Of a DNA stretch of 64,000 nt, positions 51,864-64,000 are shown piece by piece. The position numbers and the translations under genes were made by a program. The stretch lies in the NCBI GenBank assembly GCA_051294375.1, contig CM119268.1:12126356-12190355 (forward strand), read 5' to 3'. The notes under the pieces are model-generated. The model had not been told where the DNA came from. It worked only from the letters and a program-made list of their open reading frames with translations, and did not search any database. The stretch is from Paraspadella gotoi (lineage: Eukaryota; Animalia; Chaetognatha). How positions within the stretch are numbered: position 1 is the first letter of the stretch; each line of letters starts with the position of its first letter.

Positions 51864-52425
51864 TGTTTCTTAATTCGTTTCTCGTGGAATCGCAAGTGTA
51901 ACTCCGTCACCTACCGGAAAAGAAATTGTAATCCTGACAAAAGATCGTTTACCTGGCCAATCTCGACACTATTAAAAGGGACTTCTTAGGCTTAGGTTTT
52001 TTCTGGGTATCAAATTAACGTTCTGAATTTTCTGAAATATGACTAAATTTTTCTTCTCATAAATGTGCCTGGTTTTTCTTTTTTAACTTTGTATCAAATC
52101 TCTTAATCAAATATTGTCTGTTTTTCTATCTTTAATTTGTTTCTTTAATTTGTTTCTTTAATTCGTTTCTCGTGGAATCGCAAGTGTAACTAACTCCGTC
52201 ACCTACCGGAAATGAAATTGTAATCCTGACAAAAGATCGTTTACCTGGCCAATCTCGACACTATTAAAAGGTGCTTCTTAGGCTTAGGTTTTTTCTGGGT
52301 ATCAAATTAACATTCTGAATTTTCTGAAATATGAATAAATTTTTCTTCTCATAAATGTGCCCGGTTTTTCTTTTTTAATTTTGTATCAAATCTCTTAATC
52401 AAATATTGTCTGTTTTTCTATCTTT
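51864..52425. repeat. Tandem duplication, ~290-bp unit x2
   Basis: TTAATTCGTTTCTCGTGGAATCGCAAGTGTAAC...TTTTTCTATCTTTA at ~51870-52134 and ~52158-52425, near-identical. Confidence 0.95.
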
Positions 52426-53177
52426 ATTCCTGTATTCTTATGAAAATTACAAAATTACTTTTTTTTCACTATTTTAAGTTTTGGATTTTAAAATATTCAT
52501 TACATTCATTACTAATTATTTTATTTTTGTCATATTTATTTATATATATATATATATATGTCTTTTCTATTTATTAGTTTTTATTAGTTTCGTTTTTTGA
52601 TAATCTAAATATGAAAACTATTAAACTATTAATGCGAGAGGGTTGTTACATATTAGTATTGTCTTCTGAAAAAATAGAGGCGCCTCTAAACAAAGAGATC
52701 GATTCAAGAGATTATCAAAAAGTAATTAAATTTGGAAAGGGGAAACATAAAATGAATTCAACTCCCGAAGCGCTCGATCGACAATGGCAATTTTCTTAGT
52801 GTTTCTGTTTTAAAGTCGCAGTAAAGAGAGAGAACAGAAATCTGATTTTTTTCTTCTCGGTAAGCCAAAAAAATTTTCTTTCCTTCTCAAAATTTAACTA
52901 AGGGAATAATAAATACTTAATGCAGTGTCTTTGTATTTATTTAATCTTTTTAAAAAAAGGGGTTTTTTTTTGGTGAAAGGTAATTTGTCTTTCGTTAGAG
53001 CTGACATTTGTCGGCGGCTTTGATTCAACGTCATCCCTAATGAAGATTAGCTACGAAGGATCAGAGCAAAGGGACATGTTTACTAAGCAGGTGGAGAGAT
53101 GGAACGCCTCCGTTTAAAGGATCCAACCGAAGCTGAGGGACAAGCAATTTCATCTACATAGAGCGGAAAAAAGAAGT

Positions 53178-53264
<87 letters not shown>

Positions 53265-54514
53265 CTAACTAAATTTTACAAAGTTTGTCACTTCAATTTT
53301 TTTATTTTTCTAGTTTAACTTACAGCTGAAACGAGCAATTTCCAAATAGATAAAGCAAAGTTAAAATAATTTTAAATTCTAAAATAACAAAATCCCAAAG
53401 TGAAAATAATTTTTCCCGGGTTTGGGCGTCGAAATGTCTTCACGTGAAAGGTCCAGAATCTTCTTCCCTCTTCCCCTTCCTACTCAAAATGGCTTCTACT
53501 TCTTCTTCCTGGCGACATCGCACTTCGTCACCAACTACCTGACAAATATTTTTTCTTTTTTTTTTCTTTTTTCGTGCGAGTTATATTATTGTGACGATAA
53601 ACTGTTTATCACCCGACAATTTCGGAAAAGAATGAGAATAATTTTTTTTTCTTTTTTGTGTGTGAAAATTATATTCGGTGACTAAAAACTTTTTAAATTT
53701 TTCTCTTGGTGGGCAGTTATTTCGAGATATATATTTAAAGTCCAAATCAATAAAAATAGAAACAATCTATTTAAATTTTGAAAAATTAACAAGACATTTT
53801 CTACTACAACGTTACAAATAATCTCGTATGTCACTAAAACCTTGACAAGACCTAAGTGTAATCAATGATATTTACAATGATTAAAATTTAATCTCTAAAG
53901 CTGTACAGCTGTATCAATTGTATTTTGGCAGTATTGTGTAGCTGTAATATTGAAAGTGTGCGAGCAATATTTAAAGCAAAATAAAGCAATAGTAAAAAAA
54001 CTAACCTTGAATTAAAGTTAGTGAAATTGCAAAAAAAAATTCAAACAAACGAGTAATATTTCGGTACTGTTCTGTATTGTTTTGTATAGATACAGGTTGT
54101 TTTGAAAAAAGATTAATTGCTTAAGGAGCAATGAAAATAGTTTTTTTTAAAATAAATATGATGTGTAAAAGCTTCTATTTCAATACATAAAAAAGAAAAA
54201 ACAAACATAAACGTCTAGCGGTCATAAAAAAAATATCTCTATCATGCAAAAATATATAATTTATAGTAATTGTTTATAAAAAGGCACAAAACGCAAGAGA
54301 GAACGAAAGAATTTTTGAGTCGTACTTTAGAGTTAAAGAATATGAGTTTGCAATACAACTCAAATTGGTAAGACTCCAAGTCGCTTGCACTTTCTTGACA
54401 CAGCCTGGACCCTGTACAAGACTTCAATGAGTTTCTTTTTTCAAAGTTTAATTTAAAAAAAAACATTTTCCGTTGAATTTAGTCCAATTCAAAAATTCTT
54501 GAGAATTAGATGAG

Positions 54515-54730
54515 CCGACGTCGCGAGGATCGATGAGATGGGAAGCAACCAATGAGCGTTCGAGTTGATCGACGTCGCCCCTCCACCTAAAAAGCAATCA
54601 AAAGGATCGAGCCAATCAACGTTTGAAAATTAGAGGACATTTTTTTTTCTATGTGGAAAAGTCATCCCCTTTTCCGGGACAGAAACTTTAGCCAACGTTT
54701 TGCATTTTGTACATTTAAGATTGACGTCAT
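54515..54730 (+). promoter_or_regulatory. Candidate promoter elements upstream of the ABCC gene
   Basis: Two NF-Y-type CCAAT boxes (AACCAATGAG ~54547, AGCCAATCA ~54610), two GACGTC cores and a full CRE TGACGTCA (54722-54729), 1.6-1.8 kb before the ATG. Confidence 0.3.
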
Positions 54731-55226
54731 GTCATCTTTGTAGGATTGAAATGAAGTACATTAATTGAACCCTCGATTTCTTCCCTTTTTCCTTTTTCCT
54801 TTTTACACTTATCTATGCGGCTTCATTTAAGTGACATGTGAATCGATAAATATATAATCAATTTAAAAAGATTGAATTTCATTGAATTACTATGTACATT
54901 TTTAGCAGCGATATTAAATGTCATTGACCAGGTGACATTTCTTTTTATTCAAATTCTAACTTCTACCTTCATCATTCTTTAAATATATATAGTTAGCAAT
55001 ACACGGACGTAATATATCTTCCTTGTTCGCTTTTTGATTTCATTGTATATTTGTTTTGGCTCTGAAAAGTTTAGAAGATTAAAGTTAAAACAAAAAAAAA
55101 TCTCTTTGTCTTTCGGAAATCCTGGAGGCAAAGTGAGAATTTCAGAAATTCGGAAGCAGAAAGAGGAAGAAGTTTTCTTTTGAATGGATTCGACAAAAAG
55201 AGAGAAAAAAGGATTTGGAGAGAGAG

Positions 55227-55350
<124 letters not shown>

Positions 55351-55484
55351 ATAAAAAGAATAAAGAACGAACGAAGGTTCCATAGGGCGATTCTATTTTT
55401 GAAGCATCTTGATGGTCGTCTGTACTTTAGTGAAAAAAATTAATTGAAAAAGCAAATGAGAACGATAATAATGGAAAGAGAGAG

Positions 55485-55543
<59 letters not shown>

Positions 55544-56322
55544 AAAAAAGAAAGAAAGAAAGAAAGAAAGAAAAAAAGAAAGGAAGGAAGGAAGGAAGAA
55601 AGAAAGAAAGTCAGTCAGTCATAAAGAACGAAATATAAAAAGAATAAAGAGAGAAACAAGAAAAGAACGTGAGAATGAATGAATGAGCGAAAGTCGACAG
55701 AAAACAGACGAAGCTTTCCTTTTTTTAAAACAAGGAACTAAATAAGATTCATCAATCATAATATTTTTAGCTTTTCGGTCAGAAATGATTCAGGATTTCG
55801 TCGATCGAATCCCAAGTCTTTGTGAAAGTCTTCAGGTTTTTTTCACGATGAGAAATATAAAAAGTTCCTTAGTTGAGTGATTCACAAGCAGGTTTTATCG
55901 AACCGAGTTCGTTTCTACTCACTTTCGAGAATTTTTCGACAATCTTTAAATCGCGCTCTCTCTTTCGAACTCCCTATTTAGGGAGTTGGATCCCTGACGA
56001 AACTCATCGACTCGAAAAAATATTGACAATTTTCGTTATCTTATCACAGACTTCGATGCCAATGATTTATGATTCTGATTCTGCCGTGAAACAAAAATCG
56101 TTCGCGATTGATTAGAACAACAGTGCCACTCCTTTCGCGTCAATTTCGACAGTTTCTTTCCCTGAAAATAAGCCTAATCGAAAATTATTTACATGCCAAT
56201 AAATGATAATTTGCATTCTTCTCGAACCTCGTCTAGCACGACGTCCCTTACAATCTCCACCGTAATTCCAACTCATCTCTGCCAACCACCGCCCCCTCCT
56301 TTTCACCCCCACCACCGTCGCC

Positions 56323-64000
<7,678 letters not shown>

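Overview
Animal (invertebrate-like) genomic DNA with spliceosomal introns, dense (GA)n/(GAAA)n/(TCG)n microsatellites, a 25-N scaffold gap and signs of uncorrected indel errors. Two host genes are well supported. The first is the 5' part of a BCL11-family zinc-finger gene on the minus strand: exon 1 carries the MSRRKQ NuRD-recruitment motif and exon 2 the CCHC finger; the rest probably lies left of the window. The second is a long-type ABCC/MRP1-like transporter on the plus strand (19 exons traced from 56323 to the window end). Between them are a frameshifted DIRS-type retrotransposon (gag, RT, RNase H, methyltransferase-like region), a degenerate minus-strand multi-exon region, and an inverted plus direct duplication around the gap. 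The most unusual unexplained signal is 15 copies of the palindrome CAGCGCTG, found only in two CpG-poor, microsatellite-free blocks inside the BCL11 introns.
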